Notes under the pieces: generated by a model
Seen by the model: the letters and a program-made list of their open reading frames with translations, nothing else
Database searches by the model: none
What the model was told of the DNA's origin: nothing
Program-made: the position numbers and the translations under genes
Assembly (NCBI GenBank): GCA_000934665.2
Contig: KZ538516.1
Coordinates: forward strand, 1 to 64,000
Length of the DNA stretch: 64,000 nt
Source of the DNA: Catajapyx aquilonaris
Lineage: Eukaryota
Reading direction: 5' to 3'
Shown: positions 64,000 through 64,000 of the stretch, one piece after another
Position numbering within the stretch: the stretch's first letter is position 1
Layout of the letters: the number at the start of each line of letters is the position of its first letter

Positions 64000-64000
64000 T

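Noticed and set aside
1..64000. CRISPR arrays, rRNA, operons or other prokaryotic systems
   Set aside because: No regularly spaced repeat-spacer array or rRNA-like sequence; the genes have spliceosomal introns

Overview
Eukaryotic genomic DNA, most likely arthropod (inferred from the Punch-type GCH1 N-terminus and the SINE types). It is intron-rich, with short N gaps next to G/C homopolymers. Three protein-coding genes can be built by hand from GT-AG splice sites with consistent phases. (1) GTP cyclohydrolase I (GCH1/Punch), minus strand, 6 coding exons, 19737->10626, 263 aa. (2) A divergently transcribed plus-strand gene, 7 coding exons, 33411-53866, about 1345 aa. It encodes an N-terminal single-pass membrane protein with an FDNPxF motif, a periaxin/AHNAK-like PDZ domain and a very long acidic low-complexity tail. 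(3) CRIPT, minus strand, intronless CDS 59282->58980, convergent with the PDZ gene. A possible ATG-only first exon of a fourth, leftward gene lies at about 3997. The rest is largely non-autonomous DNA transposons (hAT, piggyBac, PIF/Harbinger, Tc1/mariner, Sola-like), often nested and with readable TSDs, plus two tRNA-derived SINE families. I see no prokaryote-type system (CRISPR, operon) and cannot claim a new biological system. The best leads are the membrane-anchored periaxin-like PDZ scaffold, its possible alternative C-terminus, and its CRIPT neighbour with a decayed duplicate of the PDZ-binding tail. All homology calls are from recognition of the sequence, not database searches.
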